Source: Cryomorpha ignava
GTDB lineage: Bacteria; Bacteroidota; Bacteroidia; Flavobacteriales_F; PHOS-HE28
Assembly (NCBI GenBank): GCA_040391235.1
Contig: JBEBYG010000020.1
Location: 1,198-65,197, forward strand
Direction of reading: 5' to 3'
Length of the DNA: 64,000 nucleotides
In this document: piece after piece, positions 20,031 to 31,544 of the stretch
Layout of the letters: each line of letters opens with the position of its first letter
How positions within the stretch are numbered: the stretch's first letter is position 1
Translations under genes and position numbers: made by a program
Notes under the pieces: generated by a model
Database searches by the model: none
What the model saw: only the letters and a program-made list of their open reading frames with translations
What the model was told of the DNA's origin: nothing

Positions 20031-22390
20031 TGGCAAACAGACAGATCAAGAAAGTAGCCGTCCTCGGATCCGGCGTCATGGGCAGCCGCATCGCCTGCCA
20101 CTTCGCCAATGTGGGCTGCGAGGTATTGCTCCTCGACATTGCTCCGAAGGAAGGCCCGAGGAACAAGATCGTCGATGACGCACTGGCCTTCGCGCTCAAG
20201 AGCAACCCCTCTCCCATCTATGACAAGCGCTTCGCGAAGCGCATCACCACAGGCAACTTCGATGACGACCTTCCGAAGATCAAGGACTGTGATTGGGTGA
20301 TCGAAGTGGTGGTGGAGCGCCTCGACATCAAGCAGCAGGTGTATGCCAACGTGGAGAAGTACCGCACGCCGGGCACACTGATCACCAGCAACACCAGCGG
20401 CATACCGATCCATGCCTTGCTCGAAGGGCGCAGCGATGATTTCGCAATGCACTTCCTCGGCACGCACTTCTTCAACCCGCCGCGCTACCTGCCTTTGCTG
20501 GAGCTGATCCCCAGCCCTAAGACCGACCCATCCGTGATCGCCTTCCTGGAGGAATACGGCCGCCGCGGGCTCGGCAAGGTCACCGTGCGCGCCAAGGACA
20601 CGCCCGCCTTCGTGGCCAACCGCATCGGTGTGTTCGGCATCATGGACATCTTCCACCTCATCAACGACATGGGCCTTTCCGTGGAAGAGGTGGACCGCCT
20701 CACCGGACCCGTGATCGGCCACCCCAAGAGCGCCACCTTCCGCACCGCCGACGTGGTGGGATTGGATACGCTGATGAACGTCGCGAAAGGGGTACATGAG
20801 AACTGCCCGAAGGACGAACGGAACGACCTCTTCGCCATTCCGGACTACCTCCAGCAAATGGTGGAGAAGCAGATGCTCGGCAGCAAGACCGGTAAAGGCT
20901 TCTATTACAAGGACCGCAGCAGCAAGAAGGGCGACATCCTTTCCGTTGATCTGAAAACGCTCGAGTACAAACCGCAGGTGAAACCCAAATTCGCCACGCT
21001 GGACGCGGCCAAGAAGGTGGACGACCTGCGCGAGCGCACCAAGCTTGTCTACCACGGCACGGACAAAGCGGGCGAGTTCTACCGCCGCTCCTTCCAAGCG
21101 ATGTTCGCCTACGTGAGCAACCGCATCCCCGAGATCAGCGACGAGCTCTACCGCATCGACGATGGCATGCGCGCAGGCTTCGGCTGGGAACTCGGACCCT
21201 TTGAGGCTTGGGAAGCGATCGGGGTAAAGGAAGTGCTCGCCGACATGGACGCGAAGGGCACCAAGGCGGCACAATGGGTGAACGACTTCGTGGCCGCGGG
21301 CAACACGCACTTCTACAAACGCGAAGGCGGCGTGCGGCTGTTCTACGACATCCCGAGCAAGAGCTACAAACCGGTGCCGGGCCAGGAAGGGCTGATCGTG
21401 CTGGCCGACATGCCCGAAAGCAGTATCGTCTGGAAGAACAAGGACGCCATCGTGCGCGACCTCGGCGACGGCATCCTCGCCGTGAGCTGGAGCAGCAAGA
21501 TGAACACCTTCGGCGCGGAGGTGATCCAAGGCCTCAACAAAGCGATCGACCTCGCCGAGGAAGGCTACAAGGGCCTCGTGGTCTACAACGACGGCGCGCT
21601 CTTCAGCGCCGGTGCCAACGTGGGCATGATCTTCATGATGGCCGTGGAGCAGGAATACGAGGACCTCGACATGGCCATCCGCACCTTCCAGAACACCATG
21701 ATGCGCATGCGCCACAGCAGCATCCCCGTGGTGGCCGCACCGCACCAGCTCTGCCTCGGCGGCGGCACGGAGCTCTGCCTGCACGCGGACAAGGTGGTGG
21801 CGCACGCCGAGACCTATATGGGCCTCGTGGAATTCGGCGTCGGCGTGATCCCCGGCGGCGGCGGCACCAAGGAATTCGCCCTGCGCCTCAGCGACGAACT
21901 GAAGGAAGGCGACATCCGCATCAACCGCATGCGCGAGCGCTTCCTCACCATCGGCCAGGCCAAAGTGAGCACCAGCGGCGAAGAAGCCTTCGACCTCGGC
22001 TACCTCCGCCCCGGCCAGGACGAAGTGATCGTGAGCCGCGCCCACCAGCTCGCCTACGCCAAGGCCTGCGCGCTCGACCTCTGGAGCAAGGGCTACACCA
22101 AGCCGCCCATGCGCCGCGACATCAAGGTGCTCGGCAAGGAAGGCCTCGGCATCGTCTACGTCGGCGCCAACAGCATGCAAAGCGGCAACTACATCAGCGA
22201 GCACGACGCGCTCATCAGCGAAAAGCTCGGCTACGTGCTATGCGGCGGCGACCTCTCGGAGATCACGGAGGTTTCCGAGCAATACCTCCTGGACCTGGAG
22301 CGGAAGACGTTCTTGGAGCTGTGCATGCAGCGGAAGACGCTGGAGCGGTTGCAGAGCATTATTACTACTGGGAAGGTTTTGAGGAACTAA
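20030..22390 (+). CDS. fadN: Bifunctional 3-hydroxyacyl-CoA dehydrogenase / enoyl-CoA hydratase (FadN/FadB-like)
   Basis: N-terminal Rossmann fold (VAVLGSGVMGSRIA), HAD domain and C-terminal enoyl-CoA hydratase/isomerase domain. 786 aa. Start overlaps the MarR stop codon. Confidence 0.9.
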   Translation: MANRQIKKVAVLGSGVMGSRIACHFANVGCEVLLLDIAPKEGPRNKIVDDALAFALKSNPSPIYDKRFAKRITTGNFDDDLPKIKDCDWVIEVVVERLDIKQQVYANVEKYRTPGTLITSNTSGIPIHALLEGRSDDFAMHFLGTHFFNPPRYLPLLELIPSPKTDPSVIAFLEEYGRRGLGKVTVRAKDTPAFVANRIGVFGIMDIFHLINDMGLSVEEVDRLTGPVIGHPKSATFRTADVVGLDTLMNVAKGVHENCPKDERNDLFAIPDYLQQMVEKQMLGSKTGKGFYYKDRSSKKGDILSVDLKTLEYKPQVKPKFATLDAAKKVDDLRERTKLVYHGTDKAGEFYRRSFQAMFAYVSNRIPEISDELYRIDDGMRAGFGWELGPFEAWEAIGVKEVLADMDAKGTKAAQWVNDFVAAGNTHFYKREGGVRLFYDIPSKSYKPVPGQEGLIVLADMPESSIVWKNKDAIVRDLGDGILAVSWSSKMNTFGAEVIQGLNKAIDLAEEGYKGLVVYNDGALFSAGANVGMIFMMAVEQEYEDLDMAIRTFQNTMMRMRHSSIPVVAAPHQLCLGGGTELCLHADKVVAHAETYMGLVEFGVGVIPGGGGTKEFALRLSDELKEGDIRINRMRERFLTIGQAKVSTSGEEAFDLGYLRPGQDEVIVSRAHQLAYAKACALDLWSKGYTKPPMRRDIKVLGKEGLGIVYVGANSMQSGNYISEHDALISEKLGYVLCGGDLSEITEVSEQYLLDLERKTFLELCMQRKTLERLQSIITTGKVLRN

Positions 22391-22396
22391 CTCGAG

Positions 22397-22819
22397 ATGT
22401 CTGCGACTATACATATCAGCCGAACCGTGGTCGCCACACTAACCATGTTGTTGGGTCATGGGGTCTACTCGCAAGAGCCCAGTTTCTACCGTGTCTTTGG
22501 ACCTGGGCCTGACTACAATAACACGACACTCGTGATGGAGGATGGCTCGACGATGAAGCACGACTCCACCACATGCACGGTTGAACGCATTGACGACAAT
22601 GGCAAGGCGATCTGGACCACGGATCTAAGTGCGTATGGATGCATGCTGATGTACTTCGGAAAAGTGTCGGAAGGCAAGGTGAAAGGCTGTGACATACTCG
22701 TGCAGTTCGAGGACAAACGGATCTGTGGCATCCGCATGAAGACGGGCAAGCTCAAATTGTTACCGCAAGAAGACGTTGACCTTATGGATAAGCGCTCAAA
22801 ATCAAAACCCGTGAAATGA
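22397..22819 (+). CDS. Hypothetical small secreted protein; first gene of the low-GC island
   Basis: Signal-peptide-like N-terminus. GC is about 50% against more than 60% in the flanks. Confidence 0.45.
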   Translation: MSATIHISRTVVATLTMLLGHGVYSQEPSFYRVFGPGPDYNNTTLVMEDGSTMKHDSTTCTVERIDDNGKAIWTTDLSAYGCMLMYFGKVSEGKVKGCDILVQFEDKRICGIRMKTGKLKLLPQEDVDLMDKRSKSKPVK

Positions 22820-22984
22820 TATGTGGCCCAGGACAGAGCGATTCTTTGAGCTTGCCCCTCGCAAAGCCTCGGCTCGCTCTTGGAGTTCAGCCTGAGCGAA
22901 GTCGAAGGGCTGCAAGTCCTCGCTCGTTCGTTAATGCAGGCTCACCGCTTGAATCGTTCAGGCAACATAGTGACTCACGAAAGC

Positions 22985-24694
22985 ATGACTATTGAAGAAC
23001 TCAAACAATTGAAGGAATCGGAAGACCGCGTGGAATTCAAGGAAGCACGGAACAACTTCTCCTCTGCCGGCAGCAAGCATGTTGACCCGAATGAGCGACG
23101 CCGGTGCTTGCTTGGCTATGTGGTTGCTCTTGCAAACGAAGGTGGTGGACACTTGGTATTGGGTATGACCAATGCACATCCGCACGAAGTGGTAGGTTCA
23201 GTTTTTGCAGCAGGCAAGATTGGAGGATTGGAGGACGACGTATACCAAAAGCTTCGCATTCGCGTGCACGTCCAGGAGTTGTTCGAGGAAGATAAGCGCG
23301 TAATGATCATCCACATACCTTCTCGGGCGCCGGGTCGGCCATTAAAGTTTGAAGGTGTCGCCTTGATGCGCACTGGGGACAGCTTGCGTCCAATGTCCGA
23401 CGATGAATTATTGAGCGTGCTATCTGAGCAAGAACCAGATTTTTCCGCCAAGATCTGTAAAGGATTAACGATTGATGACCTTGACCTAGAAGCTGTGGCA
23501 CGAATGAAGAATGCCTATGCGAAAAAACAGAAGAACCCGGCCTTCGCACAGCTCAGTTTGCAACAGACGTTGAGCGATCTAGAACTATCCAAAGCGGAAG
23601 GGCTGACTTATGCAGCGCTCATTCTACTGGCCAAAGTTGATTCTATCAAGCAATATCTACCGCAGAGCCGAATCATTCGGGAGTACCGCAATGATAATGC
23701 GCAGATCCACCACGATTCTCGAGAAGTGTTCGAGGGTCCGCTTTATAAGGTGATCGATGCTGTTTGGAATGCTATCAACGACCCACGCCTCAATAGAAAG
23801 ACCCCGGTGCAGTTTGGCTCCTACATCTTCGATATTTTCAGCTTGAACGAATCGGTGATTCGTGAAGCTCTGTTGAACGCTGTAGCGCACCGCGACTACA
23901 CCATGCAGAGCGAAGTTGTTGTGAAGCAATATCCTGACCGAATTGTAATTAACAACCCAGGCGGTTTCCCTAAAGGTGTAACGCTAGAGAATTTGCTTAC
24001 TGTAAACAGCACGCCACGTAGCCGCCTGATGACCGAGGTCATGGAGAAGACCGGTTTAGTGGAGCGCAGTGGGCAGGGCGTAGACAAGATCTTCTCGATA
24101 ACTTTATCTGAGGGAAAAGCCGAACCGGATTACTCAGCATCTGATGCATTTCAAGTGACGCTAGCTATTTCATGCACCATCATAGATAAAGCCTTCCATG
24201 TTTTTATCAATCGTTATCAGCAGAGTGACAAGGAGCCCAAGCTGGGCGTAGAGCAAATCATCACCTTATGCAAGGTGCTGAATGGAATGTTCCAGAATCT
24301 GAAGCAGCCAATCGTGGACCAATTGATACAAATGGGTATGGTTGTTCGTCCACACCATTCGGCTAGGCGCTACCAATTGCCTGACGAGTATTATCAGATG
24401 GTGAGTGATGGCCTGCGAATCGGTAAGAGGTATCTCACTTACGAGATTGAGCCAATCATCCTTTCCTTGCAGGAAGGAGGTAAGAAGATAGGTGAGTTAG
24501 CCCCGATTATGGAGGTCGATTTATCCCGAAGCCAATTGCGCAGCTTGCTGCAAAGGCTTATCGAGGATGGTGTCGTGGTTTCCAGTGGTAAGTTAAAGGG
24601 AACCCGCTACTCACTCTCTCCTCAATTCGCTAGTCTGCGAGGCAGCACTCTTGTTCATGAGGCGTTTTCACAACTACGCTCAGTTCATGAGTGA
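22985..24694 (+). CDS. AlbA_2 (Schlafen-like 'divergent AAA') - HATPase_c_4 - winged-helix protein; putative nucleic-acid-binding ATP-binding regulator or defence protein
   Basis: MTIEELKQLKESEDRVEFKEARNNFS is the AlbA_2 N-terminal signature. EALLNAVAHRDY is the HATPase_c_4 (RecG-C-like) signature. The C-terminus GKLKGTRYSLSP looks like a winged HTH. The ORF could alternatively start at 22880. Confidence 0.7.
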   Translation: MTIEELKQLKESEDRVEFKEARNNFSSAGSKHVDPNERRRCLLGYVVALANEGGGHLVLGMTNAHPHEVVGSVFAAGKIGGLEDDVYQKLRIRVHVQELFEEDKRVMIIHIPSRAPGRPLKFEGVALMRTGDSLRPMSDDELLSVLSEQEPDFSAKICKGLTIDDLDLEAVARMKNAYAKKQKNPAFAQLSLQQTLSDLELSKAEGLTYAALILLAKVDSIKQYLPQSRIIREYRNDNAQIHHDSREVFEGPLYKVIDAVWNAINDPRLNRKTPVQFGSYIFDIFSLNESVIREALLNAVAHRDYTMQSEVVVKQYPDRIVINNPGGFPKGVTLENLLTVNSTPRSRLMTEVMEKTGLVERSGQGVDKIFSITLSEGKAEPDYSASDAFQVTLAISCTIIDKAFHVFINRYQQSDKEPKLGVEQIITLCKVLNGMFQNLKQPIVDQLIQMGMVVRPHHSARRYQLPDEYYQMVSDGLRIGKRYLTYEIEPIILSLQEGGKKIGELAPIMEVDLSRSQLRSLLQRLIEDGVVVSSGKLKGTRYSLSPQFASLRGSTLVHEAFSQLRSVHE

Positions 24695-25190
24695 GCACTT
24701 CTGGTATACGACTTACAAGAAGGACCAGTACTCTCAAGTGATGGTTAGCATCCCCAAATCACGTCCCCTGATTCCGCAGATGGTTAAACCTATCTGTTCT
24801 TCATATCTACTGTCTAAAGTTGACATATCTGAAATGGCCGCATCCGAAGAGACTGGTATACAGGCAGTTGCAGATTCACCCATCGAACCTAGTCACATCT
24901 GTATCAGCCCTCATATCTATTATAACATGTTTGGTGATGATTACGAGCTACCATGCTTCCGCCTTGTACCCTCTTCTCCAAATCGGAGGGAAGATTCTGA
25001 CATAAATGGTAGAGTGACCCGCTTCTCAACTGAATCCCAGCTCGTTACGACGTCACCGCTATTCATCAAATCTACCTACCACCTTACATATCTGGATTCA
25101 ACCCTCGCACGCCACTTGAGTGATAGCAGCGGAACGCTCAGAATCGAAACGCACAATTGTATCACACAGGGAATTACGCGTACAACTTGA
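24687..25190 (+). CDS. Hypothetical protein, translationally coupled to the AlbA_2 gene
   Basis: Its ATG lies inside ATGAGTGA, overlapping the upstream stop codon. AT-rich with no recognisable domain. It may not be a real gene. Confidence 0.35.
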   Translation: MSEHFWYTTYKKDQYSQVMVSIPKSRPLIPQMVKPICSSYLLSKVDISEMAASEETGIQAVADSPIEPSHICISPHIYYNMFGDDYELPCFRLVPSSPNRREDSDINGRVTRFSTESQLVTTSPLFIKSTYHLTYLDSTLARHLSDSSGTLRIETHNCITQGITRTT

Positions 25191-25235
25191 ATTTCAAAGG
25201 CTACAATACAGGAAATTGATTAACGCCGAGACAAG

Positions 25236-25535
25236 ATGAACTACAACCTCAACATGCTCATTGCCGCCGCTAACAAACAGTGGAGAGGAGACAACCCGAA
25301 TTTCATTCAACTTGAGTATGCTCCGGAGAATGTGATCAGAGCGTCAAAGGGCGATGTCTCGTACTACTTCGATTATGAGAAGGTAAAACTCATACTTCAG
25401 CTGAACGAGGTGGACCTTCACGACGAAAGGGCGACCTATGATGTACTTGGCAAGCATCTCGCAAACCAGCTTTCCGCATCAATGGGCACTAAAATCTTCC
25501 CGGAGATAAAAAGCCACACAAGCGATTACATTTAA
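25236..25535 (+). CDS. Hypothetical small protein (99 aa) in the low-GC island
   Basis: Clean ORF in the AT-rich region with no recognisable motif. Confidence 0.4.
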   Translation: MNYNLNMLIAAANKQWRGDNPNFIQLEYAPENVIRASKGDVSYYFDYEKVKLILQLNEVDLHDERATYDVLGKHLANQLSASMGTKIFPEIKSHTSDYI

Positions 25536-25695
25536 AGCTCATGGCGGTTTGGAGATACAATATAAAGATAGCAGCAGATAGTATGACCCAGCTGCATTTG
25601 AACGTCAGCACGCCCACTCTTCGAAGCAGCTCAGAGCAGTCAATTTTAACAAGCTCAGAACGAGCAATAGAACCGAACTAAAAAGCAACAACAAT

Positions 25696-26871
25696 ATGGA
25701 TGCTTACATCATAGCCGGATTCCGTTCCGCAGTAGGAAAAGCCCCCCGTGGCAAGTTCCGTTTCACACGTCCCGATGACCTCGCGGCACATGTGGTCAAA
25801 CACCTGATGGCCTCCGTGCCGAACCTCACCACCGACCAGGTGGACGATGTGATCGTGGGCAACGCCACGCCCGAGGCCGAGCAGGGCTTGAACATCGGCC
25901 GCTTGATCAGCCTGATGGGCCTGAACAACGAGAAGGTGCCAGGCATGACGGTGAACCGCTATTGCAGCAGCGGCAGCGAGACGATCGCGATTGCCAGCGC
26001 CAAGATCCACAGCGGCATGGCGGATTGCATCATCGCCGGGGGCGTGGAGTTCATGAGCCCCATCCCTTTCGGTGGCTGGCGCATCGTGCCGAACGCGAAG
26101 GTGGCGCAGGAACATCCCACGTGGTATTGGGGCATGGGCCTCACCGCCGAGGCCGTGGCGCGCGAGTACAACGTGACGCGCGAAGACCAGGATGCATTCG
26201 CGCTACAGAGCCAGGAAAGGGCACTGGCCGCCATCGCTGCCGGGCGTTTCAAGGACGAGATCGTGCCTTTCGAGGTGGAGCACGTGTACCTGGACAAGAA
26301 CGAAAAGCGGCAGGTGGAGAATTACGTGGTGGATACGGATGAGGGCCCGCGCGCAAGCACCTTGGAAGGGCTGGCGAAACTGCGCCCCGTCTTCGATCCA
26401 AAAGGCACCGTGACCGCCGGAAATTCCTCACAGACCAGCGATGGCGCGGCTTTCGTGCTGGTGGTGAGCGAGCGCATGCTGAAGCAATTGAATGTGAAGC
26501 CGATCGCACGCCTCCTCTCCTACCACGTGGCCGGGGTGCCACCGCGCATCATGGGCGTCGGTCCGATCGCGGCCGTGCCGCCAGCCTTGGAGAAGGCCGG
26601 ATTGAAGCTGAAGGACATCGGTGTCATCGAGCTCAACGAGGCCTTCGCCAGCCAGAGCGTGGCGGTGATCCGCACCTTGGGACTGGACCCGGAGATCGTG
26701 AACGTGAACGGCGGCGCCATCGCCATTGGTCATCCGCTGGGCTGCACCGGCACGAAGCTCAGCGTGCAGCTCTTCAACGAGATGCGGCGCAGGAAGCAGA
26801 AGTACGGCGTGGTGACCATGTGCGTGGGGACCGGGCAAGGAGCGGCGAGTGTGTTTGAGTTGTTGAATTGA
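25696..26871 (+). CDS. fadA: Acetyl-CoA C-acyltransferase (3-ketoacyl-CoA thiolase)
   Basis: Thiolase N- and C-terminal domains: active-site NRYCSSG (Cys), GHPLGCTG, CVGTGQG. Confidence 0.9.
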   Translation: MDAYIIAGFRSAVGKAPRGKFRFTRPDDLAAHVVKHLMASVPNLTTDQVDDVIVGNATPEAEQGLNIGRLISLMGLNNEKVPGMTVNRYCSSGSETIAIASAKIHSGMADCIIAGGVEFMSPIPFGGWRIVPNAKVAQEHPTWYWGMGLTAEAVAREYNVTREDQDAFALQSQERALAAIAAGRFKDEIVPFEVEHVYLDKNEKRQVENYVVDTDEGPRASTLEGLAKLRPVFDPKGTVTAGNSSQTSDGAAFVLVVSERMLKQLNVKPIARLLSYHVAGVPPRIMGVGPIAAVPPALEKAGLKLKDIGVIELNEAFASQSVAVIRTLGLDPEIVNVNGGAIAIGHPLGCTGTKLSVQLFNEMRRRKQKYGVVTMCVGTGQGAASVFELLN

Positions 26872-27521
26872 TCTATTCCTTCCACATGGGCACCACCACC
26901 TTCGACCCCAAAACCCATTGGGAGCACATCTACGCCAACAAAGGCCCGCAGGACGTGAGCTGGTTCCAAGCGATGCCGAAGGTCTCATTGGACCTCTTCG
27001 CGGAATACGGGGTGCGCAGCGATGCACGCCTCATTGATATCGGTGGTGGCGATAGCCTATTGGTGGACCACTTGCTGGACCGGGGCTTTACCGACCTGAC
27101 CGTGCTGGACATCAGTGGCAAGGCCTTGGAGAAAGCGCAACATCGCTTGGGTGACCGAGCCAAGGCGGTGGAATGGATCGAGGCCAGTGCCACGGAATTC
27201 GAGGCGAAAGGTCTCTTCGATGTCTGGCACGACCGGGCGGTATTCCACTTTCTCACTACGGACAAGGAGGTGGAGCTCTACTTGGAAAAACTGTCGAAAT
27301 ACTTGGCTCCCGGCGGGCTGTTGATCCTGGCCACCTTCAGCGAGAACGGGCCGGAGAAGTGCAGCGGTATCCCTGTACACCGCTATAGCGAATCGGAAAT
27401 GACCGCCCGACTGGAACGCGTCTGCAACAAGATCAAGTGCATCACGGTGGATCACGAAACACCTTCACAAAAGATCCAGAACTTCCTCTTCTGTGCATTC
27501 CGGAAACCTGAAGCCGCATAG
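26868..27521 (+). CDS. Class I SAM-dependent methyltransferase
   Basis: Motif I LIDIGGGDS. ATGA overlap with the fadA stop codon. Confidence 0.7.
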   Translation: MIYSFHMGTTTFDPKTHWEHIYANKGPQDVSWFQAMPKVSLDLFAEYGVRSDARLIDIGGGDSLLVDHLLDRGFTDLTVLDISGKALEKAQHRLGDRAKAVEWIEASATEFEAKGLFDVWHDRAVFHFLTTDKEVELYLEKLSKYLAPGGLLILATFSENGPEKCSGIPVHRYSESEMTARLERVCNKIKCITVDHETPSQKIQNFLFCAFRKPEAA

Positions 27522-27639
27522 GCTGGCACCTCCATTTGCAGGATATAGTATGCGTGCATACCTTTATCCGAACAAGCACATACCACACTTCGTTGTAATA
27601 GGTCATGGGCCACAACGGCCTGAACATCCGTACTGAACA

Positions 27640-29440
<1,801 letters not shown>

Positions 29441-29463
<23 letters not shown>

Positions 29464-29590
29464 GTTCTACCGCCACGACGCCAAGAGCGCCAAAGCTTTT
29501 TGGATCGAGGCGGGGAAGAATCCATTTGGAGATATACCGCCAAGACGCTAAGAGCGCCAAGGGCTGGATGCTGGGGCGGGGAAAAACCTG
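29441..29590 (+). repeat. Imperfect tandem duplication (~60 bp, about 2.5 copies) of the fadE 3' end spanning its stop codon
   Basis: atcgaggcggggaagaacccattctgag...ccaagagcgccaaagc, then atcgaggcggggaagaatccatttggag...ctaagagcgccaaggg, then a partial ggggcggggaaaaacctgatctgag. Confidence 0.6.
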
Positions 29591-29617
29591 ATCTGAGGTA
29601 GAAGGAACTGTCGCATC

Positions 29618-29656
29618 GATGAGGCCCGCCATGATGTGCGGGCCTCCTCATTTTCA
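29618..29656 (+). terminator. Rho-independent terminator of the fad operon
   Basis: ATGAGGCCCGCcatgatgtGCGGGCCTCCTCATTTT. It overlaps the first ATG (29636) of the next ORF in the track, which argues for the internal start at 29702. Confidence 0.7.
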
Positions 29657-29701
29657 TGGGGCCATGCAAATGGAGCATTCACCTCGATAGTACCTTCGAA
29701 C

Positions 29702-30898
29702 ATGCGCAGCCTCCTCCCCTTTCTGCTTCTGCTTGCCTCATCGGCACAAGCCCAGTACTGGCAGCAGGTGGATGATTTTCCCGGCACCGCAAGAGATGAC
29801 GCAGCTGCGTTCGCGATCGATACCCATGCCTATTTCGGTACGGGTATGGAAACGGGCTGGGGACTCACTTCCAATTGGTGGATGCTGGATATCGTGGGTT
29901 CGCCCCAGTGGCAGGCTGTTCCCGATCTTCCTGCCGAACCACGGCAGTATTGCGCAGGATTCAGCACGGGCAATAGCGGCTTTGTGTTTGGTGGATCATC
30001 CGCCAGCGGACCATTGAATGAATTGTGGTCTTACTCTGAGGATGGCACCGGATGGATGCAGCGCGCCCCCCTTCCCGCTCCCGGTCGGTATGCCGCAACG
30101 GCATTCACCAGCGGTGACAAGGCCTACATCGTCGGTGGCGTCTTAGAAGGCGGTGCGCCCACCAACGAGTGTTGGTGCTACGACCCGGCAACAGACCTGT
30201 GGGTCCAAGTGGCCAGTATACCCGGAGCCGCCCTTCATCGCGCTGCAAGTTTCGAGTACGCATCTTTCGGATATGTGATCGGAGGGGCGGACAGCGCGAA
30301 CGTTGCTTTGGCTGAGACTTGGAAATACACACCAGCGATCGATCAGTGGGATGCAGCAGCACCGCTTCCCGAAGCACGCTATGATGCAGCGCCTCTCCAC
30401 TATATTGATCTGGGGATCATTGGCGGTGCATCGAGTGACACCACCTTCCATGCGAACGGATACATCTACGATCCCATATTAGACTCTTGGAGTGAAATGT
30501 TAGACTCCCTGCCTTACGGTACAAAAGGCGCATCAAGCGCTTTTGCCGGAGGCGGTGGAGGATGGTACTTCAATGTGATCGGTACGGGGATCGACAATGA
30601 CCTGGTGAGGCACAAGGAGATGTTCACCTACGGCTTCGTCTTCGGCATTGAAGATCTGGCGCAAGTTTCCCTCAAAGTTTTCCCGAATCCTGCCTCCCAC
30701 TCAGTCACCGTGATCTGGCCGGAAACATGGCCGAATGCGCGGGTCTCCATCCACGACGCATTGGGACGTATGGTGCGTGACCAGCAGGTGAACAGCGGCA
30801 TGCCCATGGATGTTAGTGGTCTATCACCCGGCCGCTATGTGGTACAGGCCCAGCATGGACCGATCCAACTTCGCAGCGTACTGACCAAACTCCCCTGA
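29702..30898 (+). CDS. Kelch-repeat beta-propeller protein with a T9SS C-terminal sorting domain
   Basis: Signal peptide MRSLLPFLLLLASSAQAQ, repeated Kelch-like blades, and C-terminal ...LKVFPNPASHSVTV...GRYVVQAQ, a type-A por secretion CTD. Confidence 0.7.
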   Translation: MRSLLPFLLLLASSAQAQYWQQVDDFPGTARDDAAAFAIDTHAYFGTGMETGWGLTSNWWMLDIVGSPQWQAVPDLPAEPRQYCAGFSTGNSGFVFGGSSASGPLNELWSYSEDGTGWMQRAPLPAPGRYAATAFTSGDKAYIVGGVLEGGAPTNECWCYDPATDLWVQVASIPGAALHRAASFEYASFGYVIGGADSANVALAETWKYTPAIDQWDAAAPLPEARYDAAPLHYIDLGIIGGASSDTTFHANGYIYDPILDSWSEMLDSLPYGTKGASSAFAGGGGGWYFNVIGTGIDNDLVRHKEMFTYGFVFGIEDLAQVSLKVFPNPASHSVTVIWPETWPNARVSIHDALGRMVRDQQVNSGMPMDVSGLSPGRYVVQAQHGPIQLRSVLTKLP

Positions 30899-31539
30899 TG
30901 CAATTCATCGACCCCGCACTGGACGCCTATTGCGAAACGCACAGTGGCACGGAACCCAGCTACTTGAAGGAGCTTACAGCAGAGACGCAGGAGAAGGTCC
31001 ACATGCCGCAAATGCTCAGCGGGCATCTGCAAGGACGCTTCCTCTCCATGCTCAGCCATCTGGCGAAACCGAAGACCATTGTGGAGATCGGCACCTTCAC
31101 CGGCTACAGCGCGCTATGCCTCGCGGAAGGCTTGGCCGAAGGTGGTATGCTGCACACCATCGACATCGACCCGTATCTGCCGGAGATGGTGAACCGCTAT
31201 ATCGAGAAGGCCGGCATGCAGGACCGGATCACGATGCATCATAAGCCTGCGTTGGAGATCATCCCCACGCTTCCCGCGCCCTTCGACCTCGTATTCATCG
31301 ATGCGGACAAACAGAACTATCCCAACTACTTCGATGCGGTGATCGACAAGGTGCGGCCCGGCGGCCTCATCATCGCGGACAATGTGCTTTGGAGCGGTGA
31401 AGTGCTACAGCCCGCGAATGAACAGGATGAACAGTGCAAAGCGCTGGTGGAGTATGCCGAGCGTGTGCACAATGATCGCCGTGTGGAGGCAGTGATGGTA
31501 CCCTTGCGTGATGGCCTGTTGGTAGCCCGGAAGAAATAG
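30898..31539 (+). CDS. Class I SAM-dependent O-methyltransferase (caffeoyl-CoA OMT-like)
   Basis: VEIGTFTGYSALCLA and DLVFIDADKQNY motifs. Overlaps the upstream stop codon. Confidence 0.8.
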   Translation: MQFIDPALDAYCETHSGTEPSYLKELTAETQEKVHMPQMLSGHLQGRFLSMLSHLAKPKTIVEIGTFTGYSALCLAEGLAEGGMLHTIDIDPYLPEMVNRYIEKAGMQDRITMHHKPALEIIPTLPAPFDLVFIDADKQNYPNYFDAVIDKVRPGGLIIADNVLWSGEVLQPANEQDEQCKALVEYAERVHNDRRVEAVMVPLRDGLLVARKK

Positions 31540-31544
31540 ACCCG

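Noticed and set aside
19958-22204. 748-aa ORF on the minus strand opposite fadN, and similar long antisense ORFs (735..1496, 6383..7207, 7286..8557, 27442..28692, 49788..50888, 50967..52061, 52074..53012, 21208..22512)
   Set aside because: The region is high-GC, so stop codons are rare in non-coding frames. These ORFs lie antisense or out of frame to genes with clear homology (icd, ccoNO, fadN, fadE, lhr). Their translations are Ala/Arg/Gly/His-rich and low-complexity with no motifs.
22820-22984. Imperfect inverted symmetry in the leader before the AlbA_2 gene (gagcttgcccctcgcaaagcctcggctcgctc / gagcgaagtcgaagggctgcaagtcctcgctc)
   Set aside because: The arms match only partially. The region may instead be coding if the gene starts at 22880, so it is not reported as a regulatory element.
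24651-24686. ATG at 24651 as start of the 179-aa ORF downstream of the AlbA_2 gene
   Set aside because: It overlaps the upstream gene by 44 nt in another frame. The ATG at 24687 within ATGAGTGA gives a classic coupled start. Whether the ORF is coding at all remains uncertain.
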